DNA of 64,000 nt, from the NCBI GenBank assembly GCA_045863395.1, contig BTVJ01000003.1:128001-192000 (forward strand), written 5' to 3'. Shown here one piece after another: positions 1-9,502 of the stretch; the first letter of the stretch is position 1, and each line of letters begins with the position of its first letter. This DNA comes from Myxococcales bacterium (GTDB lineage Bacteria; Myxococcota_A; UBA9042; JABWCM01; BTVJ01). The translations under genes and the position numbers were made by a program. Under the pieces are notes generated by a model. The model was not told the origin of the DNA. It did not search any database and saw only the letters and a list, made by a program, of their open reading frames with translations.

Positions 1-304
1 CGTGCGGGCCATGCACCCGTGGCCCTGCGCGTTCACGGCGTGGCGCGGCGGGATCTTGAAGATACACCCGTTTGTGGAGTACACCCTCGACCCGGTGCAG
101 GTCCCGCCCGGCACGGTGGTCGCCGCGGAGGAGCAGGCGATTCACGTGGCGTGCGGGCGCGGCGTCGTGGCGATCACGGAGCTGCAGCCCGAGAGCAGAC
201 GGCGCATGAGCGCCGGCGCGTTCCTGAATGGCTACCGCGTCGAGCCGGGCGAGGTGCTCGGTGTGGCGCGAACGACTCATCCCCCTGAAGGAGACCAGCG
301 ATGA
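1..304 (+). CDS. fmt: Methionyl-tRNA formyltransferase, C-terminal part (5' truncated by window)
   Basis: VRAMHPWPCAF...VACGRGVVAITELQPESRRRMSAGAFLNG matches the Fmt C-terminal domain. Confidence 0.9.
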   Translation, partial: VRAMHPWPCAFTAWRGGILKIHPFVEYTLDPVQVPPGTVVAAEEQAIHVACGRGVVAITELQPESRRRMSAGAFLNGYRVEPGEVLGVARTTHPPEGDQR

Positions 305-1293
305 AGATCTGGACCCGGGCGGCCCTCGTGGCCGCGGCGCTCGTCATGGCGAGCGGGTGCAGCAAAGAGCAGCCCACGGACCAGGCGGCCGCAGGCAAGG
401 CGGGCGCCGAGGCGGCCAAGAGCGGCGCGCAGGCGGCGAAGACCGGAGCGGAGGCCGCGAAGGCGGCCGGCGAGGCTGCGGCGGCGGGCATGGAGGCGGC
501 GAAGGCCGCCGGTGGGGCGGCGGCGGCAGCCGGAGGCGAGGCGGCGAAGGCGGCCGGCGAGGCCGCCGCGGCGGCGGGAGCCGAGGCGGCGAAGGCGGCC
601 GCGGCGGCGGGAGCCGAGGCGGCGAAGGCGGCCGAGGAGGCGGCGCGGCTGGGCGCGACGGCGGCAGCGGCAGCCGGGGGCGAGGCAGCGAAGGCGGCCG
701 AAGAGGCCGCGCGGATGGGCGCGGCTGCGGCCGCCGCTGCTGCGGCGGCTGGCGGCGACGCGGCGAAGGCGGCCGAGGAGGCAGCGCGGCTGGGCGCGGC
801 GGCGGCTGCTGCGGCCGGCGGCGAGGCGGCGAAGGCGGCGGAGGAGGCTGCGAAGCTCGCGGCCGCGGCTGCGGGATCGGCAGAGGCAGCCGTCGCGGCG
901 GCCGGGGCGGGCACCATCGAGTCCACCGACATCCTCGGCCGGGAGGCCGTCACCCAGAAGGCCGAGGTGAAGCACGTCCTGATCGGCTGGCGGGACCTGG
1001 CCGCGGCGTACCGCGGCCAGATGGACCCCCGTGCGGCCGCGCGCACCAAGGAGCAGGCCGACGCGCTGGCCCTGGAGATCCTTGGCAAGGTGCGGGCGGG
1101 CGAGGACATCGATGCCCTGATGAAGGCGAGCAGCGAGGACCCGGGCAGCGCCCAGACCGGCCGTCCCTACACGGCGACCGAGGATGCGCCGCTGGTGCCC
1201 CCGTTCAAGAGCCTGAGCCTGCGCCTCAAGGTGGACGAGGCAGGCCTCGTGCAGACCGCCTACGGGTGGCACGTCATCAAGCGCATCCAGTAG
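301..1293 (+). CDS. Lipoprotein with Ala/Glu/Lys-rich repeat stalk and C-terminal parvulin (PpiC-type) PPIase domain
   Basis: Lipobox MASGC; AEAAKAA repeats; VKHVLI...SEDPGS...LVPPF...VQTAYGWHVIKR; ATGA overlap with fmt stop. Confidence 0.85.
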   Translation: MKIWTRAALVAAALVMASGCSKEQPTDQAAAGKAGAEAAKSGAQAAKTGAEAAKAAGEAAAAGMEAAKAAGGAAAAAGGEAAKAAGEAAAAAGAEAAKAAAAAGAEAAKAAEEAARLGATAAAAAGGEAAKAAEEAARMGAAAAAAAAAAGGDAAKAAEEAARLGAAAAAAAGGEAAKAAEEAAKLAAAAAGSAEAAVAAAGAGTIESTDILGREAVTQKAEVKHVLIGWRDLAAAYRGQMDPRAAARTKEQADALALEILGKVRAGEDIDALMKASSEDPGSAQTGRPYTATEDAPLVPPFKSLSLRLKVDEAGLVQTAYGWHVIKRIQ

Positions 1294-1296
1294 CCC

Positions 1297-2262
1297 GTGC
1301 GGTGTGACGCCACAACGGGCGGGTGGGCCCTGCGCACGGCGTCTCTCCTCGCGCTCCTGGTGGCTGGCTGTGGGGGTGACGACCGGAGCCCCGTCGAGGT
1401 GCTCCGCGAGGGCTTGGCTCACGCGCTCCCCGATGACGCCCTCGGCCCGAGCCCTGCCGTGGAGGGCGCGCTCCCGAAGGATCCCCTGCTCCGCGATCCG
1501 GCCCATGGCGCCATGGCCCTCACGCCCTTCGAGATCGTCTCCAGCACCACGTGGAGGATGGAGGCGGAGGGCCGCACGCTGACGGTCCGGGACGAGGTGC
1601 GGTTCGTCCAGCGGTCGGACGGCGCCTTCCGGTCGACGCTCACCCGCGCGACGGTGGATCCTCCAGCCCCTGAGCGAAAGGCGGGGACCGAGGCGGTCTA
1701 CGCGGACCGTCGCTTCTTCGTGCGCGACCTGGCGGGGTCCTTCACCGAGCACAACCCCATGCGGGAGCTCCACGTCCCCTGGAGGCGCCGCGCCTTGGAC
1801 ACCCTGCCAACCCTCGTGCGTCTGCTGGGTCCCGGTCTCGCGCGGACGCCCGGCGACCCGACGTCCCGCGATGGGGTCGTCCTGGAGCGTCAGATCCTGG
1901 CCCTTGCCCCGGGCGGCGACGCCAAGCCCGTCGAGTCCGGGGGCCGGGATCACCTGGGGACCTGGGACCCCTGGTGGCGCGGCGCACACCGGCCGGTCTC
2001 GGCGCGGGGTGAGGCCCTGACCGATCCGAGGTGCGGCTGCCTGGTCGGGGCGCGGCTCGACGCGAGCTTCGACGGCGCTGCCGGGGGGCGCCCGTTCATG
2101 CTGCGGGTGGATCACACGGTCACGCTGACCCGGCTGGCCGACGAGCCCCCGATCCTCCCGCCGGAGGGGGCCACCGAACCCCGACGGCGGCGTGTCCACC
2201 ATATGATCGGCGAGATCCTGGGAGAGCTGGCCCCCACGGCGCCCGAGCCCGACGCCCAGTGA
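1297..2262 (+). CDS. Hypothetical lipoprotein
   Basis: LLALLVAGC lipobox; GC3-biased frame; directly follows the PPIase gene. Confidence 0.65.
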   Translation: MRCDATTGGWALRTASLLALLVAGCGGDDRSPVEVLREGLAHALPDDALGPSPAVEGALPKDPLLRDPAHGAMALTPFEIVSSTTWRMEAEGRTLTVRDEVRFVQRSDGAFRSTLTRATVDPPAPERKAGTEAVYADRRFFVRDLAGSFTEHNPMRELHVPWRRRALDTLPTLVRLLGPGLARTPGDPTSRDGVVLERQILALAPGGDAKPVESGGRDHLGTWDPWWRGAHRPVSARGEALTDPRCGCLVGARLDASFDGAAGGRPFMLRVDHTVTLTRLADEPPILPPEGATEPRRRRVHHMIGEILGELAPTAPEPDAQ

Positions 2263-2340
2263 GGCGCCCGAACCGCGCCCCACGGCCTCCGCGGAGGGCC
2301 CGGGTGTGACCGCGTGCCGCGAGTCGGGTACTCTCGGCTC

Positions 2341-4368
2341 ATGCGGCCGTGTCACCGAACACTGATCGACGGGAGGCTCAACCGCCTGCGCCCAGCCCTC
2401 TGCGCCGCGGCCCTGGCCGCGTGCGCGCCTGGCGGGAGCCCCGCCGAGCCCGGCGCAGACGTCGGCACCTCGAAGGCCCCGGACACCGTCGCTCCTTTGG
2501 ACACCCGCGCCCCCGTCTCCGACGCGATCGCGCCCGGGTGCACGGATCCCCACGAGCCCAACGACTGGCCGGTGATGGCCACTCCGGCGCCTGCCCTCCC
2601 CGTGGCCGGGGTGATCTGCCCCGGCGACGTGGACCTCTTCGCTCTGCCGGCGGGTACCAGCGGCGTCGTGGCCGCCCGGCTGGTGGCCCAATCGCCCGCT
2701 GGGGCGAGCCTTCGCCTGGCGCTGCTCACGATGCCCTCGCTGACCGCGCCTCCGGTGACCGTCGTTGCCGAGGGCGCATGGGATGATGGCGCCCTGGGTC
2801 TGGTCGCGGCCGTGGAGCCGGCGCTCCTGACCTTCGTGCGGGTCGACGCCGCCCCTACGGAGGGGCCCGTGCCCTACCAGATCGAGCTCCAGGTGGAGCA
2901 TGGGGGCTGCATCGAGGATCCCCACGAGCCAAACGACGTACCAGGCGAGGCGGAGCCGCTGGGGCTCACGGTGCTGATCGAGGCCGTTGTGTGTGTGACG
3001 GACGTCGACTGGTGGTCTCTTGACGTACCGACGGCCACGCACGTGCGAATCACGGCCACGCCCAAGCAACAGAGCGCCTCCCTCGCGCTCCATGGCGAGC
3101 TGGGGGGAGACGAGCTGGCCCCGTTTCCCCGCCCGTCCGGCGGCGTTGCCGTCGCGGTCACTGCGGCGCCGGAGCCCCGCCGGCTGCTGATCCGCGTTGC
3201 GCCCACCGATCCTGCGGTCGTCCACTATGATCTCCGCTCCGAGTCGTGGCCCATCACTCCGCCCGTGCAGGGCACGGTCACGGGGACCGTTCGGTACGAG
3301 GACCGCCTGCCGACCCGAAATGGCTACCTTGCCGGGACCTGGCTGCCGGCGCCGAGGGTCGCCGTCGAGGCGGTCCGCGCCTTCGACGAGCAGGTGGTCG
3401 CCTCGACCTGGACCGACCACGACGGAGCGTTCACCCTCGACGCGACGCTGGACGGGCCGCCGCAGGTACGACTCCGGGCGCTCACCGAGGTGCACCCCGA
3501 CGCGCCCGCCGTGTCCCTCCGCACGGACGTGGCGCCCGGCTCTGGTCCCATCGCGGTGTCCTCGCCCGAGCTGGTGCTCACGCCCGCAGGCGCCACCGTC
3601 GACGTTCTCGCCCACGCCCAAGGGGGGGGCGGCGCGTTCAACGCCCTGGACGTGGCGGGGCGCTCCCTCGCGTTCATGGAGGGCGTCCTCGGGGCGCCCG
3701 CGGTCCCCCTGGCCCTGGCTTGGCGGCCCGGCTGGACCGACCCCTGCGGCACCTGCTACTTCGGTGCGCTGGGCGTGCTGACCTTGTCCGGAACGGCCGC
3801 TGACGACGACGCCTACGATGACGCGGTGGTCGCTCACGAGGCGGCCCACCACTTCGAGATGGCGCACGGCGTCGCCGACAGCCCGGGGGGCTACCACGAC
3901 GGCCGCCGAACCGACCCCCGCGTGGCCTGGAGCGAGGGGTTTGCCAACGCCTTCGCCGCCATGGTGCTCAACGATCCCCTGTACGTGGACGTCCGGGCGC
4001 TCGGGGCCACGCTCGTGCTCGACATCGAGTCGGTCTCCCACGAGCAGTCCTATGGGACCTCCGACGGCACCATGAACGGCGCCGTCTCGGAGGACCTTGT
4101 CGCGGCGGTGCTCTGGGACCTGGTGGACGCAGGCCCGGAGGCCCTCGATCCGGCGTCCGGCCCGCCCCCCATGACGCTGGAGACCTCCCTGTCCTGGCTC
4201 CCGACGGCGGCGCGGGGCTTCCCCGGGGTGGATCTCGTCGATCACCTGGACGGCCTGCTCTGCCTCGACCTGGCTCCGGCGACATCGGTGGACGCGGTCG
4301 CCGTGCAGCAGCGGAAGTTCCCCTACGACCTGGCGCCGGTCAACGCTCCGGCCGGTCTTTGCGATTGA
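2341..4368 (+). CDS. Secreted lipoprotein: pre-peptidase (PPC)-like domains plus zinc metallopeptidase domain
   Basis: ALAAC lipobox; two DPHEPND...C..DVD repeats; HEAAH zinc motif followed by AWSEGFA; start uncertain (2314 or 2341). Confidence 0.7.
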   Translation: MRPCHRTLIDGRLNRLRPALCAAALAACAPGGSPAEPGADVGTSKAPDTVAPLDTRAPVSDAIAPGCTDPHEPNDWPVMATPAPALPVAGVICPGDVDLFALPAGTSGVVAARLVAQSPAGASLRLALLTMPSLTAPPVTVVAEGAWDDGALGLVAAVEPALLTFVRVDAAPTEGPVPYQIELQVEHGGCIEDPHEPNDVPGEAEPLGLTVLIEAVVCVTDVDWWSLDVPTATHVRITATPKQQSASLALHGELGGDELAPFPRPSGGVAVAVTAAPEPRRLLIRVAPTDPAVVHYDLRSESWPITPPVQGTVTGTVRYEDRLPTRNGYLAGTWLPAPRVAVEAVRAFDEQVVASTWTDHDGAFTLDATLDGPPQVRLRALTEVHPDAPAVSLRTDVAPGSGPIAVSSPELVLTPAGATVDVLAHAQGGGGAFNALDVAGRSLAFMEGVLGAPAVPLALAWRPGWTDPCGTCYFGALGVLTLSGTAADDDAYDDAVVAHEAAHHFEMAHGVADSPGGYHDGRRTDPRVAWSEGFANAFAAMVLNDPLYVDVRALGATLVLDIESVSHEQSYGTSDGTMNGAVSEDLVAAVLWDLVDAGPEALDPASGPPPMTLETSLSWLPTAARGFPGVDLVDHLDGLLCLDLAPATSVDAVAVQQRKFPYDLAPVNAPAGLCD

Positions 4369-4457
4369 CACGCCCCACCCCCCATGGTACTTACGCGCGC
4401 CACCGCCGGGGGCTCCATGGGTCGAGCCCATGGTGCCTGCGGGGGACGCGCCACGAT

Positions 4458-4528
4458 TGGGGCGTCGTCAAGCGGTAAGACACTGGTTTTTGGTACCAGC
4501 ATCCCAGGTTCGAATCCTGGCGCCCCAA
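4458..4528 (+). tRNA. tRNA-Gln(TTG), CCA not encoded
   Basis: Acceptor TGGGGCG/CGCCCCA; D-arm GTCAAGCGGTAAGAC; anticodon arm CTGGT-TTTTGGT-ACCAG; T-arm CCAGG-TTCGAAT-CCTGG. Confidence 0.97.
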
Positions 4529-4536
4529 CTGATGCC

Positions 4537-4610
4537 GCAGCCGTGTGCCCGCGGAGCCGCAAGCGTCCCCCGCGTGGGTTCGGCGGCTCGACATCGGGCG
4601 ACCCGGCTGC
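4537..4610 (+). promoter_or_regulatory. Long interrupted hairpin in the rplY leader
   Basis: Nested pairings GCAGCCG(4537-43)/CGGCTGC(4604-10), GCCCG(4547-51)/CGGGC(4595-99), GAGCCGC(4554-60)/GCGGCTC(4583-89). Confidence 0.45.
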
Positions 4611-4646
4611 AGAGCCGACACTGTGAGTCAGACAGAGGAATAGAGG

Positions 4647-5222
4647 ATGAATTCGACAACGCTGAGAGCGGTAGCGAGAGCGGAGAGCGGCAAGGGACCG
4701 GCCCGGCGCCTGCGGGTGCAGGGCCAGATCCCCGCCGTGATCTATGGTGGCACCGAGCAGCCGTTGAGCCTGTCCGTCGCCTCGAAGGACGTCGTCGCCG
4801 TCCTTCAAGGACCGTATGGTGTCAACACGCTGCTCTCCGTGGAGGTCGAGGGCGCCCCGGCGCCGGTCCTCGCCATGATCCGTGACCACCAGATCCACCC
4901 GGTGAAGCGCAAGCTCCTGCACTGCGACCTGTATCGCCTGGCGCCAGACAAGCCCGTGACGGTCACCGTCCCGCTGAGCACCTCGGGCAAGTCCGTCGCC
5001 GAGAAGCTGGGCGGGCGCGTCCGCATCATCGCCCGGGAGATCGCGGTGAGCTGCCTCCCGGCGGACATCCCCCTCTCCATCGACTTCGATGTGACGGCGC
5101 TGAGCACGGCCAAGACCATCTACGCGACCGAGGTGCCCCTGCCGGCGAACGTGTCGCCGGGCTGGCGCAACAACTTCGCGGTGCTCGCCGTGAGCGTCCC
5201 GAAGGTCGAGGGCGAGGCGTAG
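4647..5222 (+). CDS. rplY: 50S ribosomal protein L25 / general stress protein Ctc
   Basis: GKGPARRLRVQGQIPAVIYG; QIHPVKRKLLHCDL; long two-domain form. Confidence 0.96.
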   Translation: MNSTTLRAVARAESGKGPARRLRVQGQIPAVIYGGTEQPLSLSVASKDVVAVLQGPYGVNTLLSVEVEGAPAPVLAMIRDHQIHPVKRKLLHCDLYRLAPDKPVTVTVPLSTSGKSVAEKLGGRVRIIAREIAVSCLPADIPLSIDFDVTALSTAKTIYATEVPLPANVSPGWRNNFAVLAVSVPKVEGEA

Positions 5223-5238
5223 CAGCGCGGGCACAGCG

Positions 5239-5805
5239 ATGATCCTCCTCGTGGGCTTGGGCAACCCGGGGCCAAAGTACCGGAAGAACCGGCACAACAT
5301 CGGCTTCATGGTCGTCGACGAGCTGCTGCGCAGGGCTGGCGCAGCCACGAAGGAGAAGTTCAAAGGGGAGTGGGCGCGCACGACGCACTGCGGCAAGGAC
5401 GTGGTGCTCTTGAAGCCCATGACCTTCATGAACCTCAGCGGCGAGTCGGTGCGGGCGGCGGCGGACTTCTTCCGCGTCGAGCCGCAGGACACGGTGGTGG
5501 TTCACGACGAGCTGGACCTGCCCTTTGGGAGGGTCAAGCTCAAGCAGGGAGGAGGGCACGCGGGGCACAACGGCCTGCGGTCCATTTCGGCGCACATGGG
5601 CGCAGACTATGCCCGCATCCGGTGCGGCATCGACCGCCCCGCGGTTGGGGCGCCGGCAGCGTGGGTGCTGAGCGACTTCTCGGCGGCGGAGTCGCCCTGG
5701 GTGCAGCAGATGGTGGACACGGCGGCGGACGCGGCGGAGTCGATCCTGCGGGACGGCATCGCGGCGGCCATGAACCGCTTCAACGCCGCCCGACCGGACG
5801 AGTAG
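5239..5805 (+). CDS. pth: Peptidyl-tRNA hydrolase
   Basis: LVGLGNPG..Y..NRHNIGF; KPMTFMNLSG; VVHDELDL; GHNGLRSI. Confidence 0.98.
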   Translation: MILLVGLGNPGPKYRKNRHNIGFMVVDELLRRAGAATKEKFKGEWARTTHCGKDVVLLKPMTFMNLSGESVRAAADFFRVEPQDTVVVHDELDLPFGRVKLKQGGGHAGHNGLRSISAHMGADYARIRCGIDRPAVGAPAAWVLSDFSAAESPWVQQMVDTAADAAESILRDGIAAAMNRFNAARPDE

Positions 5806-5885
5806 CGAGGCGTCTCTCTTGGGGGGCGAGGCGCCACGTCGAGATGAGTTGAGAAGGACTGACCAGCGAAGAGGGAGATGACTCG

Positions 5886-8168
5886 ATGACTCAGAACGTA
5901 CTGTGGATGGCCGTGGGAGCCGGCGTCCTGGCACTGGTGTTCGCCTGGCTCCGCGCGGCCTGGGTGAACAGGCAGGAGGTCGGGCTCCCCCGCATGGCGG
6001 AGATCGCCGGCCACATCCGTGAAGGCGCCATGGCCTTCCTCTCCCGCGAGTACAAGGTGCTCGCCATCTTCGTGGTGGTGGTCGCGGCGTTGCTGGCCTG
6101 GGCCAACACCGGCTCGGCGGAGAGCCACCCCCTCATCGCGCTCTCGTTCGTCGTCGGCGCCGGCTGCTCGGGCCTCGCCGGCTACTTCGGCATGAAAGTG
6201 GCCACGGCGGCCAACGTGCGCACCACCAACGCGGCCCGGACCTCCATCGTCAAGGCGCTCCAGGTCGCCTTCACCGGCGGCTCCGTGATGGGCATGTCGG
6301 TGGTTGGCCTCGGCATCCTGGGCCTGGGCGGCCTCTTCATCCTGTACCGTGACGTCGTCTGGACTGGCGGCACCTACAACGACTTCTACCTGATGTTGAA
6401 CGTGCTCGCGGGCTTCAGCCTGGGCGCCAGCTCCATCGCCCTGTTCGCCCGCGTGGGCGGCGGCATCTACACCAAGGCAGCGGACGTGGGCGCCGACCTG
6501 GTCGGCAAGGTGGAGGCGGGCATTCCCGAGGACGACCCCCGCAACCCCGCAGTGATCGCCGACAACGTGGGCGACAACGTCGGCGACGTGGCCGGCATGG
6601 GCGCCGACCTCTTCGAGAGCTACGTGGGCTCCATCATCGGCGCCATGATCCTCGGCATCGAGATGACTGCCCTGTCGAACGGCCACGACCCGGACCCGAC
6701 CCGCTCCCTGGTGTACCTGCCGCTCCTGCTCGCGGCGGTCGGCATCGTGGTCAGCATCGTCGGCACCCTCTTCGTGCGCACCACCGAGGGCGGAAACCCC
6801 CAGACGGCGCTCAACATGGGCACCTTCGGCGCCGCCGGCGTGATGCTGGTCGCGTCCTGGTTCATCATCGACATGTTCGTGGCGGCCGACATGGTGTTCC
6901 GCTTCGACAACCTGCACGCCTACGTGGCGCTGAAGGGTGACGCCATCCCGGCTGGCACGCGCGAGCAGGCGGCGGCCCTCGGCATCTTCCTCGCGACGGT
7001 CGCGGGCCTCATCGCCGGCACCGCCATCGGCATCGTCACCGAGTACTACTGCTCCGACAAGAACGCCCCGGTGAAGGGGATCGCCGACCAGAGCAAGACC
7101 GGCGCGGCCACCAACATCATCGCCGGCCTCGGCGTGGGCATGACCAGCACGGCCATCCCCATCCTGCTCATCGTGGGCGCCATCGTGGCGTCCTTCCACT
7201 TCGCGGGCCTCTACGGCATCGCCATCGCGGCGCTCGGCATGCTCTCGACCATCGGCATCCAGCTCGCCGTTGACGCCTACGGCCCCATCAGCGACAACGC
7301 CGGCGGCATCGCAGAGATGGCCCACCTGGAGAAGACGGTCCGCGAGCGCACCGACAAGCTGGACGCGGTGGGCAACACGACGGCCGCCATCGGCAAGGGT
7401 TTCGCCATCGGCTCGGCCGCGCTCACCGCCCTGGCGCTGTTCAGCGCCTATGTGAAGTCGGTCCGTCTCGACAACCTGGATCTGCTCAACACGGACATCA
7501 TGGCCGGACTGTTCATCGGCGGCATGCTGCCGTTCCTCTTCTCGTCGATGGCCATGAAGGCCGTCGGGCGCGCCGCCTTCGCGATGATCGAGGAGGTGCG
7601 CCGCCAGTTCCGCGACATCCCAGGGCTGCTCGCCGGCAAGGAGGGCGTCAAGGCGGACTACGCAAAGTGCGTGGACATCTCCACGGCGAGCGCCATCCGC
7701 GAGATGGTCATGCCGGGCATGCTGGCGGTCTTCACCCCTGTCGCCATCGGCCTGTGGAGCCTGTCGGCGCTGGGTGGCCTGCTCGCGGGCGTGACCGTGT
7801 CGGGCGTGCTGCTCGCCATCTTCATGTCCAACGCGGGTGGCGCGTGGGACAACGCGAAGAAGTACATCGAGGGCGGAGCGCACGGCGGCAAGGGCTCCGA
7901 GGCCCACAAGTCCGCCGTCGTGGGCGACACCGTGGGCGACCCCTTCAAGGACACGGCCGGCCCGTCCCTCAACATCCTGATCAAGCTCATGTCGGTGGTG
8001 TCCGTCGTCAGCGCCCCTGCGCTCTACGCCTTCCATCACGGGGGGGCCGCCGAGGCAGCAAAGGCGCCGACGTCCGCCATCGAGCGCACGGTCGAGGTGC
8101 CCGAGGTGGCCGTGGTGTCGCCTCTCGACAAGGGCACCGACGGAGAGGTGGCGCCCAAGGCGCAGTGA
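5886..8168 (+). CDS. hppA: Membrane-bound pyrophosphatase, K+-dependent type, probably Na+-translocating
   Basis: [46 protein letters not shown] (Ala variant = K+-dependent); [17 protein letters not shown]. Confidence 0.96.
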   Translation: MTQNVLWMAVGAGVLALVFAWLRAAWVNRQEVGLPRMAEIAGHIREGAMAFLSREYKVLAIFVVVVAALLAWANTGSAESHPLIALSFVVGAGCSGLAGYFGMKVATAANVRTTNAARTSIVKALQVAFTGGSVMGMSVVGLGILGLGGLFILYRDVVWTGGTYNDFYLMLNVLAGFSLGASSIALFARVGGGIYTKAADVGADLVGKVEAGIPEDDPRNPAVIADNVGDNVGDVAGMGADLFESYVGSIIGAMILGIEMTALSNGHDPDPTRSLVYLPLLLAAVGIVVSIVGTLFVRTTEGGNPQTALNMGTFGAAGVMLVASWFIIDMFVAADMVFRFDNLHAYVALKGDAIPAGTREQAAALGIFLATVAGLIAGTAIGIVTEYYCSDKNAPVKGIADQSKTGAATNIIAGLGVGMTSTAIPILLIVGAIVASFHFAGLYGIAIAALGMLSTIGIQLAVDAYGPISDNAGGIAEMAHLEKTVRERTDKLDAVGNTTAAIGKGFAIGSAALTALALFSAYVKSVRLDNLDLLNTDIMAGLFIGGMLPFLFSSMAMKAVGRAAFAMIEEVRRQFRDIPGLLAGKEGVKADYAKCVDISTASAIREMVMPGMLAVFTPVAIGLWSLSALGGLLAGVTVSGVLLAIFMSNAGGAWDNAKKYIEGGAHGGKGSEAHKSAVVGDTVGDPFKDTAGPSLNILIKLMSVVSVVSAPALYAFHHGGAAEAAKAPTSAIERTVEVPEVAVVSPLDKGTDGEVAPKAQ

Positions 8169-8278
8169 CCTCTGCCAGACGGCGGGCGCCATGGGGTTCC
8201 CGCCGCTCCTCGCTCTGCGTGAGGTGCGCGGGGCGAACCCGGCTGTGAGAGCCGGTGGATCCATGAGGAGGACTCGTT

Positions 8279-8764
8279 GTGAAGCAGTTCTACCGAAAGT
8301 ACGAGACGGTCTTCATCGTCCGCCCAGAGCTGGCGGACGAGGACTCGACCAAGGTGTGGGAGCGCGTCGAGGGCGTGCTCACCCGCATGGGCGGGCGGGA
8401 GATCAAGCGGGAGACGTGGGGCAAGCGCAAGCTGGCCTACGAGGTCGCGAAGAACAAGAAGGGCCTCTACCTCTACCTGCGTTACCTGGGCGCCAACGAT
8501 CTGGTGCTCGAGCTGGAGCGCAACCTGCGGCTGATGGACGACGTCCTGAAGTTCCAGACCGTGAAGCTCGACGACGACATCAGCCTGGACACCTTCGATT
8601 TCGAGGCGGACGGAGCCGTCGTGACGCTGATCCCTGACGGGGGCGACGAGCTGGATGACCACGATCATGAGTCGGACTCGGACAGCGATGGTCGCCGTCC
8701 GCGCCTGCCCCGTTCGGTGAACGCGGCGGACGACGACGATGACGACGACGACGACGACGACTAG
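8279..8764 (+). CDS. rpsF: 30S ribosomal protein S6 with long acidic C-terminal tail
   Basis: [24 protein letters not shown] start after GAGGAG; ends in 11 Asp. Confidence 0.96.
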   Translation: MKQFYRKYETVFIVRPELADEDSTKVWERVEGVLTRMGGREIKRETWGKRKLAYEVAKNKKGLYLYLRYLGANDLVLELERNLRLMDDVLKFQTVKLDDDISLDTFDFEADGAVVTLIPDGGDELDDHDHESDSDSDGRRPRLPRSVNAADDDDDDDDDDD

Positions 8765-8787
8765 CGCAGGCTGAGAGGAGGACACCC

Positions 8788-9030
8788 ATGTTCAAGAAGC
8801 GACGATTCGGACGGCGGAAGGTGTGCCCGTTCTGCGCCGACAAGACGTTGGCCGGGCTTTTGGATTACAAGAACCCTGGGCTCCTGCGCCGGTTCATCAC
8901 GGAGCGTGGCCGCATCATCCCGCGGCGCATCTCTGGGACCTGTGCGAAGCATCAGCGGACTCTCACCGAGGCGATCAAGCGCGCTCGCACGATCGCGCTG
9001 ATGCCCTACACGACCATCACGGCCATGTGA
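8788..9030 (+). CDS. rpsR: 30S ribosomal protein S18 (zinc-binding C+ form)
   Basis: RRKVCPFC...DYKN...[22 protein letters not shown]. Confidence 0.98.
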   Translation: MFKKRRFGRRKVCPFCADKTLAGLLDYKNPGLLRRFITERGRIIPRRISGTCAKHQRTLTEAIKRARTIALMPYTTITAM

Positions 9031-9046
9031 GAGCGAGGAGGCTTCC

Positions 9047-9499
9047 ATGAAGGTCATTCTCACGGAGTACGTGCCCCACGTCGGCAAGACCGGTGACATC
9101 ATCAATGTCGCCGACGGCTACGGGCGCAACTACCTGATCCCCAACGGGCTGGCACTGAGCGCCAGCACGGACAACGTGCGCCGCCTGGAGCACGACAAGC
9201 GCATCGTCCAGAAGAAGCTGGCGAACGAGAAGGCTGCCGCCGGGGGCCTCGCGGCCTCCCTGAAGGCCTTCGCGTGCACCATCGAGAAGTCGGTGGGCGA
9301 CAACAACCGGCTCTACGGCTCGGTCACCAACATGGACATCGAGGACAAGCTGCACGCGGCGGGCTTCGGCCACATCAGCCGCAGGCAGATTGAGCTCGAC
9401 AAGCCCATCAAGGAGCTGGGCGACTACGAGGTCTCGATCCGGATCCACCCCGAGGTCACCGCGACCATCAAGGTGTCCGTGGTCGCCAAGGCCGCCTGA
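9047..9499 (+). CDS. rplI: 50S ribosomal protein L9
   Basis: MKVIL...VADGYGRNYLIP; LYGSVT; PIKELG. Confidence 0.98.
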   Translation: MKVILTEYVPHVGKTGDIINVADGYGRNYLIPNGLALSASTDNVRRLEHDKRIVQKKLANEKAAAGGLAASLKAFACTIEKSVGDNNRLYGSVTNMDIEDKLHAAGFGHISRRQIELDKPIKELGDYEVSIRIHPEVTATIKVSVVAKAA

Positions 9500-9502
9500 G
9501 CC

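Noticed and set aside
277..4431. 1384-aa minus-strand ORF
   Set aside because: Antisense shadow of GC3-biased plus-strand genes; no motifs
4458..4528. tRNA-Gln as an island integration site
   Set aside because: No duplicated tRNA 3' end or integrase noticed; downstream genes are core
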